This document shows, one piece after another, positions 37,779 to 49,134 of a stretch of DNA of 64,000 nt. A program made the position numbers and the translations under genes. The DNA is from a virus (taxonomy: Duplodnaviria; Caudoviricetes): positions 128,001-192,000 of the IMG/VR virus record IMGVR_UViG_3300031993_000006; one strand, written 5' to 3'. The notes below the pieces were generated by a model. The model was given only the letters and a program-made list of their open reading frames with translations. It made no database searches and was not told the origin of the DNA. The stretch's first letter is position 1. The number at the start of each line of letters is the position of its first letter.

Positions 37779-40700
37779 ATGAACGATATGCATAACTTAC
37801 TTCTCAAAGTGGATTCATTGACCTACAACGCAATGCAGGTGCTCAATGCGCTTATCCGCTCCGCGGTCGCCTCGGGCTCATCCAGTGGATACAAGGTGAC
37901 CAAGTACGGTAACGAACTTGTGCTTACCCGTTCGGACATCTATAAGCTGAATAACTTCTACGAGCTGTGGGAAGCCGCGGGGTTCCCGTCTGACGAGACG
38001 ACATTCAACCGGATGCTTACCGAGGCAGATGCCCGCTGGCGGAAGGCTGGCGAGGACACTACGCTGGCTACCGATGCAGTGGTCAAGCATTCGCAGATTC
38101 TGTTCATGACGGAACGGGACTCCAATAAGGTCGGTGACGGCGATACTTCTTACTGGACCGACAAGGTTCGCACTTCTGGTACGCCGAAGGCTACCGTCGG
38201 CACTGCGCCGATTCCAATCAATCTTCGGACACCTCTTTATGATGAGAACTTGTCCACCAAGTCGTTCAGTCAGTATGAAACCTATTTGTTCCCGATGGGC
38301 TACCGCAGGGCGGAAATCCTCGGTACTCCGGGTAATGGCGATGACTATCTTGCCGGTGGCGCCAACTGGACTATCGACGCGAGTGAAATCCTGTTGTTGA
38401 AAGGCAACCATATTACGCTGGGCAACATAACAAATCCGCAGAATCGCATCGATAACTACAGGGATAGCGTGAATACTATCAGCTGGGGAGTCGAGAGCTA
38501 TGCGCTTAGGGACAATTCCCTTGCATTCGGGGTAAACTCGGCTGCCGTTGCCGAGAATGCGATTGTGTTCGGAGAACACTGCATTGGTTACGGCAAGGGT
38601 TCGTTCATTGGTGGCGGTTGCAATGCCATTACGCTTGGTACATATTCGTTTGCAGCTAATCAAGATACCCGTGCTGTGGGCTTTGATTCCTTTGCAGCAA
38701 ACCACTCGACACACGCCGGAACTTGGGCATATCCCTTTAGATTCCCGGCATCGAGTACATTGACTCCGACAAACTGTACTGCCGTTGTTACCGAAGACGC
38801 CTGCTATGTTACTGATGGTACCGCGGCGACCACGGTAACCAACTATAACATAATTCGGATTAACCAGTCGGATGTCGAATATTCGGCCATCGTCGAAAAT
38901 GGTGGGGCGGTGCTGGATATCAAGGTGGGTGACCGTATTGCGATTTACGATACCGTTTATCAGAAGGGAAATCTTCAGATAAGTCCGGTTGAACTTGATG
39001 GCTACGCTCGTGATATGTTTGATACCCGGGTGACCTCGATTACGGTAAATAGGGAAAACAACCGTATCGTTTCGTATGACATTACATTGGCTGACTCGAT
39101 ACCGGTGGATAATATCAAGTATAGCCCTATTATGGGCGGTTATGTTACCGTACTGCAGAGGCAGATACCTATCTACAATTCGAAAAATCGGGTAATCGAT
39201 ACCGATAGTATGTTCGTGGGAAGCCGCTCGGCATCATTTGGTGAATCGACTATTGCTCGTGGCGAATGCCAGGCTGTGTTTGGTGTAATGAATGTGCCTA
39301 ACGATTATGCCCGGATGATAGTCGGTATCGGTAGCTACATTGCCGATGAAAATAGCAGCCGCTATCGTGCAAATGGTCTTTTAATCAGTGACTTTTATAG
39401 CTACATGAAACTTCCGACTGGTTCAAGCGTAGTCGGTGTGTCTTGTGGAACATATTCGGCAAATGACGCTGAACGGACTGAACTTCATGAAGGTGCTTTC
39501 CTGAGTAGTTCTTATGTTGGATTTGGCGAAAGCCATGTTATTACGACTGGCCGTATCGCTACACTCAACGTAACTGACGATGACAAGAAAACGGTTGGGC
39601 GGGTTATTATTGCAAATGACCCGGTGTTGATTGAAACATCTCAGTTTGTTACTGCCGAGATGAGCGCTTATCGGGGATGCGCGGTTATTTCAAGTGGTTC
39701 TTACGTTTCGGGTGATGCCACTGCGGGTGTGTTGGTTAATACATTGATTACGGACTCTCCGGTAATCGGCGGTCCGGATGAACACGGTATCGCTATCTAT
39801 GCACAGGATGGCATTGATATCCGTAATACGGCTAATTCGAACGAGCGCGGTATTAACATCGAAACCTGCAGCTACTTGACCTTGAACTTTAAGGGACTTA
39901 CCCTGCACGGGAATACCTACGGGAGCTTGACGGCAAGCAATAATGCACGGTCGTTTATTCTTAAGGGTCGCCCGGGTGACGCCAACGGAAAGACTGGGCA
40001 GCAGAATGACATTCTTTACGCCCATACGGTTGGCCGTAGCGGTTTCTATGGTGGATTGATAGGTAGTGATTTCAATGTGTATGGTTCTAGCGGCTGGTCA
40101 GGACTTGCGGCTCATATCATCAGCAGTGCATTCTATGATGATACGATTAAGAAGATACAGGTTGCTTCTATTAGCATTCCGTCTAAGCCGTCTTCCCCAG
40201 TAGGTGTAGCCCGTCCTGTTGTAACGGTTGGTACTATTACACATCCTGGTAATGATAATCAGGTCGGGGATGTCTACACTAAGGAACTCGCTTATCTCGA
40301 TGATGCTAACGGGTGGTGTATGTCTCCAATGGCTGGGTTTGGATACATGCTTGTTAATCAGAATACTCTTCCGTATGATACGATGGTGCCACCGTCCACT
40401 AGTTATAGGAATATTTATCCGGTATCTTTACATAAAACTTCGGATAATACCTGGCATACCGAAATTAATGACGAAATGTTGTATGCTGAAGTAACTCCTA
40501 TAAATCCAGCAATTAATACGATGTTTACCGAATTGTATCGCACTCATGCATTTAGCTATAAAATAAAGTATGGTGATACAACGTTGTATGAATTTATTAT
40601 GAATTATTCATTGTCCGGAAATCATCTTGATTTAACGCTACATGCTGAAGTTGGAGTCGGTATGGGCGGGACTATTGCTGCATTGACAGGTTATGATTGG

Positions 40701-41120
40701 ATGCGAGTTCCGGCTCTTATAGGATGTGCAATTCGTGGTATTGACAATATGCCGGGTGCAATTTCGTGGAAGTATTCTATGGAGCCCCCAACAATTTTAT
40801 CTCCACAGCAACGAATTTTGAATACTGTCATGAGTGGCTCTAGTTATTATCCGAATTCGGTTGCTCCGACGTATAGATTTACTGCTAATGCATTGGAGAA
40901 TGGCATTATCGTTATGAATATTTCGCCGGTTTCGTCTACTTGGAGTGGCGGATTTTACGCTCAGTTCAGCGGTGCCGTTCCATTTGAAGCGGATAATCGT
41001 TGCCGTCACGGAAAGGTTAACGATGCTTGGCGGATTGCTATGTATGAGGCGTATAACGGTAAGGTCGTGATGCCGTACAGTAGTCTAAAATCATTCCTGA
41101 AATTTGAGAATTTGACCTAA
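37779..41120 (+). CDS. tail fibre/spike with YadA-head-like repeats
   Basis: NSLAFGVNSAAVAENAIVFG...YSFAANQDTRAVGFDSFAAN repeats; late promoter at 37745-37751. Confidence 0.7.
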   Translation: MNDMHNLLLKVDSLTYNAMQVLNALIRSAVASGSSSGYKVTKYGNELVLTRSDIYKLNNFYELWEAAGFPSDETTFNRMLTEADARWRKAGEDTTLATDAVVKHSQILFMTERDSNKVGDGDTSYWTDKVRTSGTPKATVGTAPIPINLRTPLYDENLSTKSFSQYETYLFPMGYRRAEILGTPGNGDDYLAGGANWTIDASEILLLKGNHITLGNITNPQNRIDNYRDSVNTISWGVESYALRDNSLAFGVNSAAVAENAIVFGEHCIGYGKGSFIGGGCNAITLGTYSFAANQDTRAVGFDSFAANHSTHAGTWAYPFRFPASSTLTPTNCTAVVTEDACYVTDGTAATTVTNYNIIRINQSDVEYSAIVENGGAVLDIKVGDRIAIYDTVYQKGNLQISPVELDGYARDMFDTRVTSITVNRENNRIVSYDITLADSIPVDNIKYSPIMGGYVTVLQRQIPIYNSKNRVIDTDSMFVGSRSASFGESTIARGECQAVFGVMNVPNDYARMIVGIGSYIADENSSRYRANGLLISDFYSYMKLPTGSSVVGVSCGTYSANDAERTELHEGAFLSSSYVGFGESHVITTGRIATLNVTDDDKKTVGRVIIANDPVLIETSQFVTAEMSAYRGCAVISSGSYVSGDATAGVLVNTLITDSPVIGGPDEHGIAIYAQDGIDIRNTANSNERGINIETCSYLTLNFKGLTLHGNTYGSLTASNNARSFILKGRPGDANGKTGQQNDILYAHTVGRSGFYGGLIGSDFNVYGSSGWSGLAAHIISSAFYDDTIKKIQVASISIPSKPSSPVGVARPVVTVGTITHPGNDNQVGDVYTKELAYLDDANGWCMSPMAGFGYMLVNQNTLPYDTMVPPSTSYRNIYPVSLHKTSDNTWHTEINDEMLYAEVTPINPAINTMFTELYRTHAFSYKIKYGDTTLYEFIMNYSLSGNHLDLTLHAEVGVGMGGTIAALTGYDWMRVPALIGCAIRGIDNMPGAISWKYSMEPPTILSPQQRILNTVMSGSSYYPNSVAPTYRFTANALENGIIVMNISPVSSTWSGGFYAQFSGAVPFEADNRCRHGKVNDAWRIAMYEAYNGKVVMPYSSLKSFLKFENLT

Positions 41121-41138
41121 GTTAGATGAGGTTTGTAC

Positions 41139-42923
41139 ATGGCTGCATCAGAATCATTTTCCCATAAAGTAAACATCAGGGACATCAGTCCGTTGTCTCA
41201 CATTACGGCAGACCTCACAAAGGCTCTTCATAACTACGAGGCTATACTGAATGGGATTGTTACATGGAACTCCACGGATAATCCAAATGTCACCGTAAGG
41301 TTGCTGACTGATTCCGAACCGTTCTTCGTTGATTATACATTCCCTTCCCGGAAGGCTTATGCGGGGGACAGTTCGGTTATCGGAACTTCGGATATTACGG
41401 CCGGCCATTTTGGGTATGGCACTCGCCTTACCTTACCGGCTACCCGTACGGACTTGACGAAACTCCGCATAACGCTCAATGCGTCTACACGGGTGAAATG
41501 GCGGCTCTATGAGGATGCCTACATTTACCAGGAAGATTCTGATATTGCGACTTCTGCCTATGAAATCGGCACCTTGATTGCCGTCAAGGATGGCGACGCT
41601 TCGGTTATCTACATGACTCGTGTCGCGGTCAGTGAGGGCGATAGCATATCGGCGGCTTCAATTCGCGCGGTCGATATATGGAAATCTTCTATGAAGCCGG
41701 TGTATCAGGAAACTCCGGGGTTGGTTACTTATGTCCGTAATGTAACCGGTACTTTGACAGGCGCGTATGTCCTCATTGACCCGTCTATGACTTATGGGCC
41801 GACTGCGCCCAGCAATGGCTGGCACCAGATTGCCTACAATATCAATGCCTATGACAAGGACCGGACGATTTCTACTGGACAGCTTTGCCTGTTCAGTAAG
41901 CGGAGTGACCATTCTGATGCTGCGTTGTATGCCTATATAGGTGAGTCGTTTGTAAAGAAGGCTAGTGAACCAGTTGACCCGTTCATCGACGGGGAACTCG
42001 ATACGGCAAACTGGGTAGGCCCCGTGATGGTAGTTCCGGTAAAGACATTCGATGATACCAATGTGGTTTCGCATACGCCGAAGACCGACATCAAGGGATA
42101 TGTTCTCGAGGCTTTAAGTAACGAGCCGAGCCAGGTTTCTATCTTGGGCAATGTGGTTGTTCGTGAGGGTACTTCCGAGCCGCATAAGGGTCTTGGTGTG
42201 TTCAATACTTGTAACTACATTTCCTGGCCTCAGTCCGAAATGCAGTTATGGCATGACAACAAGGTATATACCGATACTGATGAGCACACGGCAAAGATGA
42301 TATTCCATCACGCCGATGATGATGTCAAGATGGTGAATATCATCAACTATGACGGCCCTGATTTGGACCGTGGCTTGGCTATCTATCTTCCGGCAGAAGA
42401 TTTGGTTACCGGGGAGAACGGTGAACCTGCCTATGTCGAGGCTCAGGATGGTGCGACATTTGAATTTATGTTCCGTATCTGGCCGAATACCAAGTTGAAT
42501 GGTGCGGAAACTGCTGACCTGATAATAAACAAGGCGCAAATCTATGTGTACACTGTTCCTACTTCGGATAGTGAGGAAGGCGCTTCAATCCTTGTGAAGC
42601 TCAGTATGGCTCGTCTGACCAACTTCTACCTGTGGGCTGAGAATGTGGCCGTGCCGAACCGCCCGGTATTCTACAAGGCGAAATTCATTTATTCTAGGGA
42701 TGCTAAGGCATGGAAGACCGTGGACTATTACCAGATTCCTGACCACATCTTCCTCTCACCGAAGGGATTTGTTGACCCATCTGTGCGCGGCGAGGATGGG
42801 GTGTATGGCAATAGCGACCCGTTCTCCGGTGTTGAGACTGCCGGGTTCCCTCTTATGCAGGACCCGTTCGGTGGCATGGACTTGAGTCCAATCAAGCTGA
42901 ACAGGATAGAAACCGAGAGCTAG
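41139..42923 (+). CDS. putative virion structural protein
   Basis: In the tail block; shares motifs with the next gene. Confidence 0.6.
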   Translation: MAASESFSHKVNIRDISPLSHITADLTKALHNYEAILNGIVTWNSTDNPNVTVRLLTDSEPFFVDYTFPSRKAYAGDSSVIGTSDITAGHFGYGTRLTLPATRTDLTKLRITLNASTRVKWRLYEDAYIYQEDSDIATSAYEIGTLIAVKDGDASVIYMTRVAVSEGDSISAASIRAVDIWKSSMKPVYQETPGLVTYVRNVTGTLTGAYVLIDPSMTYGPTAPSNGWHQIAYNINAYDKDRTISTGQLCLFSKRSDHSDAALYAYIGESFVKKASEPVDPFIDGELDTANWVGPVMVVPVKTFDDTNVVSHTPKTDIKGYVLEALSNEPSQVSILGNVVVREGTSEPHKGLGVFNTCNYISWPQSEMQLWHDNKVYTDTDEHTAKMIFHHADDDVKMVNIINYDGPDLDRGLAIYLPAEDLVTGENGEPAYVEAQDGATFEFMFRIWPNTKLNGAETADLIINKAQIYVYTVPTSDSEEGASILVKLSMARLTNFYLWAENVAVPNRPVFYKAKFIYSRDAKAWKTVDYYQIPDHIFLSPKGFVDPSVRGEDGVYGNSDPFSGVETAGFPLMQDPFGGMDLSPIKLNRIETES

Positions 42924-43021
42924 TCGCCTTGGTAAAGGATAGTTTAGTGGGTGGCGGATGCCGCCCGCTTCTTGTTTGGTAGGGCGGAATACATAAACTA
43001 TGGAAAACGAAGGTCTGATGT

Positions 43022-46000
43022 ATGAGCGAGATGAATCCACATATTGTTAAAGAAGCCGAGGGTGAAGCCTATACTATCCAACGATTCGTCACGGGGAAGC
43101 CTCTGACGGCCGATGAGATGCTCCCGGATGAACATGGGGTTTATCCGGTAAGCCCGTTAGGATTCCTTATGTCCGATGATGGGGTGCCGCTCACATCTGC
43201 ACCGCCGACTCAAATGGTGGTGACCTATCCTATTTACGACGCAAATAATGAGGAAATCACCCCGGAAAATCTGGACAATGACTGGCCGGCTATGCGGGAT
43301 TCACTTCTTGCTCAGGCTTATGTGACACAAGGCAAATATGAGATTTTCTATGGTGATACGGCCCGCTACCGCGTGATATCTCTTCGTAGGGAAGCTGATA
43401 CGCTTGTTGCGGTCATAGACGGGGAAATTATTACGTCTCGTGATAAGATTAAGTGTTTCTTCATCAATGCGACAACCGATGATTATGAACCGACGGGGAT
43501 ATTGTCGTCCGAGTCCAGAAAGTTGTTCGAGGTGGCGACCGATGGCATAACGGTTGGTGGCGACAGGACGACGATAACTCTTGATATCGGAGTGGATGAC
43601 ATAGCGTTTAGCGGAAAAGCGGGTGAAGGCAAGTTGATTCTTGGCGTTGTTGCGTATGCGAGTAATGCCTTTACCGACCAGATGAAATATATCGTTATCG
43701 ACCCGAGTAACGGTGATTCTGTTAGCGGTTTCTATATGTTTGGAGAAAGCCCCGAATCGCCGTATCGCAGGGTATTTACATACGAAACAATGTACCCTCC
43801 GGTTGAACCGGTCGATATGCCGAAATGTAATTCCCGGAACGGCTATAGCAACAAGGAAGTGGCCGATTGGGTGGAAGGTCATGTTTCCCCGATAATCCGC
43901 TATGGGTTGCATCCGTATTCCGAGGCTGGCGCTCTTGGGAAGGCTGGGGCATTCGTGCGTTGGTTCGCTTCTTGCGGTAAGGTCGATATTTCCGATGGTG
44001 GCGGCAACAATCCGGTGAGTGTGCAGGGCTTTGGGCTAGGCGCCGGATATACCGGAGAGTGTTCTGCCGGGTCGCGTGTCCCTAATGAGGGGAATCCTGA
44101 TGCCGGGTCTGTTCACAAGGAACTGGTGTTCGGCTATGGGACCAAGCACAATGCATTGCAGGTCGATGTGGGCAAGAGTGCCCTTCCTCTTGACTGGCCG
44201 TTTACTGACTTCAGCAATTACAACGGGGCTGACCGGGAGAACAACATTACAATTATTCGACACGGTGTTACTATCAACGGCGAGAAGTATGGCGCTCTGG
44301 AGAGAGAATCTACCGAGTGTCCGACTTGCCGTGGCACGGGTCTTGTCAGTGGCAATCCGTGCCCCGACTGCGGTGGCACAGGGGAATGCCCGGAATGCGA
44401 AGTATGTAACGGTACTGGCGAAGTCGATGGCCACGAATGCGAGAACTGCAAGGGTACCGGGCATACCGGGACTACCCATATCGTTATGGACCGGATGCAT
44501 GTCTGCCTATTCAATGATTTCCGCCCGAGCGATACTTTGCATGACCATGTTGATGGTACTACGGTACTGAAGAAGACGTTTATCAATCTTGCGACACCAA
44601 TTAATACGAATGACGGCGAGGAGTTCCAGGTTACTGTTTCCTTGCCGAATACCTTTATCGACTCGGCGTTCACCGGGAATGATGTCCTGAAGAACCTGAA
44701 TGGGTACTATGCGTTCATATCCCAGCCGCGCGTGTTTGTTGTGAGCGGTACCTGGAAGTTCAGCGAGACGCGGGTAACCTTTACGATTGACCGCGATATG
44801 CAGGAATTGACGCTTGACAAGCCGTTGCTCGACAAGGAAGGTAATGAACTTCCGCCCGATACTGCGGTGCGGATGAAGCTTTCCTTTGGGTGCTACCCGG
44901 CCAAGAAGTTTTCTGTTACGGGTACAGTCGATGGAACTACGGTAACGCTCGGTGAGCCTATTTCCGACAAGGCGCTCAAGGGAGCCCTTGCGCGTGAGGC
45001 TATGCGCGCGGTTCCCCGTTCGAATTCTGCCTGCGGTGCCGCTTATGTGGAGCCGAACAACGAGACTCTCCCTGAAGGTATTGAGAATCTTGGGTTGAAT
45101 GCTGTCCGTAACGAGAATGGCGCGCTCGGTGTAGATAACACGGGTGATGACGGTAATTATAACAAGGTTTACAATGCCCGCGGCGAGCACGGCCGACCGG
45201 GTGTACTCTATGAATCCGACGGTACTGCGCGGAAGGACCAGCGGCAGATAATCGCCACTGTATACCCGACAGTGACCAATACTTTCCCTTGGGCGCTCAC
45301 CCACCGCAGGAAGCTCAATGTTCTCGACCGTTTGATGACGATGGATGCCGACGCGGGTATCCATAGCCTCTATGCTAGGATTTTCAAGATGAATCAGGAT
45401 ATCGTTAACGAAATAGCCAAACACTTGAGGGTGGTGGTTGAGATTCCGGCGAAGACATATCCGATGGAAATCTTGAGCTATACCGACGGCATTCCTGCGG
45501 AGATACCTAACGATACCGATTTGTGTTCTTTTATTGGTGCAGTACTGAAGGTCGGTAAGGATGCCGAGCAGCCCGTGGCTCAGGCGAGAAGGGCGGTCGC
45601 GATGCTTGCCGAGGACTATCGGAATGCCCGCGTTAAGCGCGATACAGTAGGAAGCCTCAATGCATTGGGTATGCTTACTAGTGACTCTCCGCTTGATGAC
45701 AGTTGGAATTTTGGAACGCCGGTTTCTGCTGGTGCCGGAATGCCGAATGAGTATGATGAGATTGCGCGAAGCATCCGTCTGCGCAGCGTTCCCCCCATCT
45801 TGACTACGGCGGGTGCTTCTCCGTCGCAGGAACCTGATTCTCCGATTCTTCAGTGCTTCCCATTCCAGGACCCCGATTTTAGTTTCTATGCCGGGAATCC
45901 ATATGAATTCGGGTTGTATGATAGCGACGCGAGGACCGAGGAAGTTCCTTGCGAGATTGCGGACAAGCACAACACCCGTGCATTCGCGATGAACAGCATA

Positions 46001-47482
46001 GTCGATGCATGCTTGAAGACCGGATTCGACTGGCTCCAGTCTACCGATGCGGTCGATGACTTGATGCGCTCTGCTGAGCTTGCTGCCGTCGATATGCAGA
46101 ACGAGGCCGACCTGCTGAAGCCGCATGGCGAACGCGGCTCGGGATGTGGCTGGATGGAAGCTATTGACGCATTTACCAAGATTGTGTCCCCGGATAATAT
46201 CCCGGTTCCTCAGCTTGCTCCTGCGTATGAGTATTCCGATATTGAAGACAAGACTTATTTGACTTCCGGTGATGCTTATGGGCGCTACCGCTTGGAAAAT
46301 CCGACGGACGTTACCGGCGAGCGGTTTATCGCTACCGATTTGCCGACTAATGATGCGCTCGCTATGTTCCTGAGGGATTATGTTCCGTCCTATGCGGCTA
46401 CCCTTCCAAAGAGGAACTGGGATAGCTGGCGTGTCGTATTGCCTCAGGATGTCGGCACGGGCTCCTACAATGACGACCCGGTATATCAGACACGGGTATC
46501 TTGGAATCCGTTGGCGAATCCATTGACTTGCGACCCGGTTAGTCGAGGGAAGTATGCAGCGGATGATATTTTCATTGACCCACTTAATACTGGATTCAAT
46601 GACCCGAATATGAACCGTATCGAGCTTGACAATACGGTGAGCGTCGATGCTAGCACTCCGCCATACACTTGCGAGAGTGACTATGCTGAGAGCGCTCCGT
46701 TCTCTACCGAAACAGACAAGTGTTCCGTGAGTTACATCAGGGTATTTATGAAGTTTACCTTCTCTGCTGATGCGGGTAGGTGGTACTGCACGGATTATCG
46801 TCAGGCTCCGGTATCGTATCTCTCTCCGCTGTATGGAGCAAAGGCTCTCGAAGAGAAGCTTCCGCATACTGATGTGCGTATATGGAATCGTTCGGCTTGC
46901 GGTTCGTTTAGCTGGCGTGAGACTACTCGTCACCTGTATTCCGAATCGGCTCCGATGGAAATTAACGCGGATGCAATCGAGGCGGTTATGGGGACTGACC
47001 TCCGTCATCGCCGCCTGGCAACCCCGTATAACCCGGTGTTCTCTATGAGTAACGGAAAGACGGGTCTCGGATTGTCTGCACCTCTTGACAAGGAAGGGGA
47101 GCGTGGCGGGTTTGCTGTGCAGGAGTTCATACCGCATGCAAACTTTTGGAGCGTATATGAGCATATCCGCCCGGCGGTTAGCGTAATTCCGAAATCTGAT
47201 ATCCCGAGGTACTACAAGGATAGTGACGGGGTGAAGCATTACGACCATGAAGGTGGCATAATGTCCGATGCTGTTCTATGGGGTCAGTACGAATATCCGG
47301 AGAAGCGCAAGACCGAATATCATTTGCCGGATACTCAGATACCTGATGCTGACCTCACGATGCGTCGCTTGGTCTATGCTCAACGTAGCAATACGACCGG
47401 CGTAATGAATACCGGCGACATTCAGGTGGGTAGCAGCGCTACAACTGTACTCGCTTACTCAAATGGTGAATCACGAAATTAA
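43022..47482 (+). CDS. large putative virion protein with an embedded DnaJ-type zinc finger
   Basis: Four CxxCxGxG repeats at 44318-44461; late promoter at 42993-42999. Confidence 0.7.
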   Translation: MSEMNPHIVKEAEGEAYTIQRFVTGKPLTADEMLPDEHGVYPVSPLGFLMSDDGVPLTSAPPTQMVVTYPIYDANNEEITPENLDNDWPAMRDSLLAQAYVTQGKYEIFYGDTARYRVISLRREADTLVAVIDGEIITSRDKIKCFFINATTDDYEPTGILSSESRKLFEVATDGITVGGDRTTITLDIGVDDIAFSGKAGEGKLILGVVAYASNAFTDQMKYIVIDPSNGDSVSGFYMFGESPESPYRRVFTYETMYPPVEPVDMPKCNSRNGYSNKEVADWVEGHVSPIIRYGLHPYSEAGALGKAGAFVRWFASCGKVDISDGGGNNPVSVQGFGLGAGYTGECSAGSRVPNEGNPDAGSVHKELVFGYGTKHNALQVDVGKSALPLDWPFTDFSNYNGADRENNITIIRHGVTINGEKYGALERESTECPTCRGTGLVSGNPCPDCGGTGECPECEVCNGTGEVDGHECENCKGTGHTGTTHIVMDRMHVCLFNDFRPSDTLHDHVDGTTVLKKTFINLATPINTNDGEEFQVTVSLPNTFIDSAFTGNDVLKNLNGYYAFISQPRVFVVSGTWKFSETRVTFTIDRDMQELTLDKPLLDKEGNELPPDTAVRMKLSFGCYPAKKFSVTGTVDGTTVTLGEPISDKALKGALAREAMRAVPRSNSACGAAYVEPNNETLPEGIENLGLNAVRNENGALGVDNTGDDGNYNKVYNARGEHGRPGVLYESDGTARKDQRQIIATVYPTVTNTFPWALTHRRKLNVLDRLMTMDADAGIHSLYARIFKMNQDIVNEIAKHLRVVVEIPAKTYPMEILSYTDGIPAEIPNDTDLCSFIGAVLKVGKDAEQPVAQARRAVAMLAEDYRNARVKRDTVGSLNALGMLTSDSPLDDSWNFGTPVSAGAGMPNEYDEIARSIRLRSVPPILTTAGASPSQEPDSPILQCFPFQDPDFSFYAGNPYEFGLYDSDARTEEVPCEIADKHNTRAFAMNSIVDACLKTGFDWLQSTDAVDDLMRSAELAAVDMQNEADLLKPHGERGSGCGWMEAIDAFTKIVSPDNIPVPQLAPAYEYSDIEDKTYLTSGDAYGRYRLENPTDVTGERFIATDLPTNDALAMFLRDYVPSYAATLPKRNWDSWRVVLPQDVGTGSYNDDPVYQTRVSWNPLANPLTCDPVSRGKYAADDIFIDPLNTGFNDPNMNRIELDNTVSVDASTPPYTCESDYAESAPFSTETDKCSVSYIRVFMKFTFSADAGRWYCTDYRQAPVSYLSPLYGAKALEEKLPHTDVRIWNRSACGSFSWRETTRHLYSESAPMEINADAIEAVMGTDLRHRRLATPYNPVFSMSNGKTGLGLSAPLDKEGERGGFAVQEFIPHANFWSVYEHIRPAVSVIPKSDIPRYYKDSDGVKHYDHEGGIMSDAVLWGQYEYPEKRKTEYHLPDTQIPDADLTMRRLVYAQRSNTTGVMNTGDIQVGSSATTVLAYSNGESRN

Positions 47483-47498
47483 AGGATAAGGTAACAAG

Positions 47499-49133
47499 AT
47501 GGCACAGGTTGAACAGAAACGGATAGGCGTCCTTACACCGCTAACCGATGATGAGGTCGATGACATTATCAAGTCTACCCAGGTCGCCGACGAGTGGTCG
47601 ATAGCGATGGACTATGTTGTCCCTGATACTGACGGGGAGCCTCCGCGAGACCAGGGTACGAAGAAAATTTCGGGCAGCCGAATCGGTTTCCTTACTCGGA
47701 ACCGCTTGGTTCCACAGAATATGCTCCCGAGCATCATTGCTGATGACGCTATTTATGATGGCGAGATGGTCAAGAATGGAAATACGATGACCTTCACTGT
47801 AACCGAGGTTGGTTCTGCGCAAGGTAAAAAGTTTGTCTGCCCAAAGCCAACCGCCTCGGGTGAGTATCTGCCGAGCATCGATACAATATATCGCGATGTG
47901 CTTACTGTAGACAACCGGAAAATTTATACTCAATACCGCTATATACCGAGAACTAATGCCGGAACTGCCGACGAAACCGGTGAGTTCGTTCCTATACCAA
48001 GCGACCTAGTTATGGTTGGCGGTGAGGGTACGGTCGTAAATGATGATGTCGTCAGTAGCTATAGCCGAAAGATTGATATCAATATTGGCACTCCGTCTCC
48101 AGAACCTAATGGCGGGACAAATGTTTTGTTCATTGATACGCAGGATAATAGTCGGAAACTCGTGCATTCTACTAGCGGAGTTACTGCCGGTACATATCCT
48201 GCTACCCAGAGTACGGCACCTGGTTTCGGTGCTACGTTCAATGTGCCTAAGCTTACTGTGAATCCGACTGGCCATATGACGGTAGCTGGTGCTGATGCGG
48301 TTACCGTGCCGGCCACGGCTGCCGGTGTAGGAACTGCAGGCTTGGTAGTAATAGGTACTGATGCGGATATCAGTCCGATTGGTGCTACTCCTCCTGGCCC
48401 TAGCATCGGGTCTATTCCAAGTAGCGGATATGTCAAGGTTGCTGCGGCAGACCATGTGCATACGGCAAGCAACTTTAATTTGTTGAATACCAATGACGGT
48501 AACAAGACATACAATGGTTCGGGACAGGTCGAATACGATTTCAGGAAGTTCCTTAAGACGATACTTCCGGCGAGCGCACCGGCGGCTAGCGGTACAAAGA
48601 TACTTGTGACTACTAGCGCATCTCCTGACAGCGCTGGCTACCGGAGTACGGCGTGGGTGGATATTGATAGTGTACTCATTCCTCGCTATGCATTTATTCC
48701 ACTCGCATCGTCCAATACCATTGCTACTACTGGTACTACGCTGTCTCTTGGGTCTACCTTGACAAAGTTTTCTGCGCTTACTTTGGTGACTCCTTCATCG
48801 GGGAGTCCGACGAAGATACAGGGTCTTGTTGCTGGTAAGCTGTATGTTGTTACATTTACGCTTGTTCTTGAAAGGACGAGTGCCGGTACATACTTGGATA
48901 ACTTTACATTTGCTGTGATGAATGGCTCTACCAACGCGGAAAATGCTAGGGTCAACTTAGTTATTGACGAAACTATTACTGGTACTGGGCGGATGCCGAA
49001 TTATGTGAATGGTACGATATTCTTTACTGCTGATTCCGGCCAGACACAATGCTATTTCAAGGTAACCATAGACCGCTCTGATTGGAAGGTGAATGGTACC
49101 GGTTCGTTGATTCAGGTTAGCGAGGTGAAGTAA
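47499..49133 (+). CDS. tail fibre-like protein A
   Basis: SGVTAGTY...VPKLTVNPTGHMT, AGLV and AAADHVH fibre motifs; T/S/G-rich. Confidence 0.7.
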   Translation: MAQVEQKRIGVLTPLTDDEVDDIIKSTQVADEWSIAMDYVVPDTDGEPPRDQGTKKISGSRIGFLTRNRLVPQNMLPSIIADDAIYDGEMVKNGNTMTFTVTEVGSAQGKKFVCPKPTASGEYLPSIDTIYRDVLTVDNRKIYTQYRYIPRTNAGTADETGEFVPIPSDLVMVGGEGTVVNDDVVSSYSRKIDINIGTPSPEPNGGTNVLFIDTQDNSRKLVHSTSGVTAGTYPATQSTAPGFGATFNVPKLTVNPTGHMTVAGADAVTVPATAAGVGTAGLVVIGTDADISPIGATPPGPSIGSIPSSGYVKVAAADHVHTASNFNLLNTNDGNKTYNGSGQVEYDFRKFLKTILPASAPAASGTKILVTTSASPDSAGYRSTAWVDIDSVLIPRYAFIPLASSNTIATTGTTLSLGSTLTKFSALTLVTPSSGSPTKIQGLVAGKLYVVTFTLVLERTSAGTYLDNFTFAVMNGSTNAENARVNLVIDETITGTGRMPNYVNGTIFFTADSGQTQCYFKVTIDRSDWKVNGTGSLIQVSEVK

Positions 49134-49134
49134 G

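Noticed and set aside
44318-44461. DnaJ chaperone
   Set aside because: Only the CxxCxGxG finger is present; no HPD-containing J domain.
44507-47248. 913-aa minus-strand ORF, and similar ones at 5618..6901, 55173..56519 and 59638..61791
   Set aside because: Antisense shadows of well-supported plus-strand genes, with no motifs, promoters or RBS.
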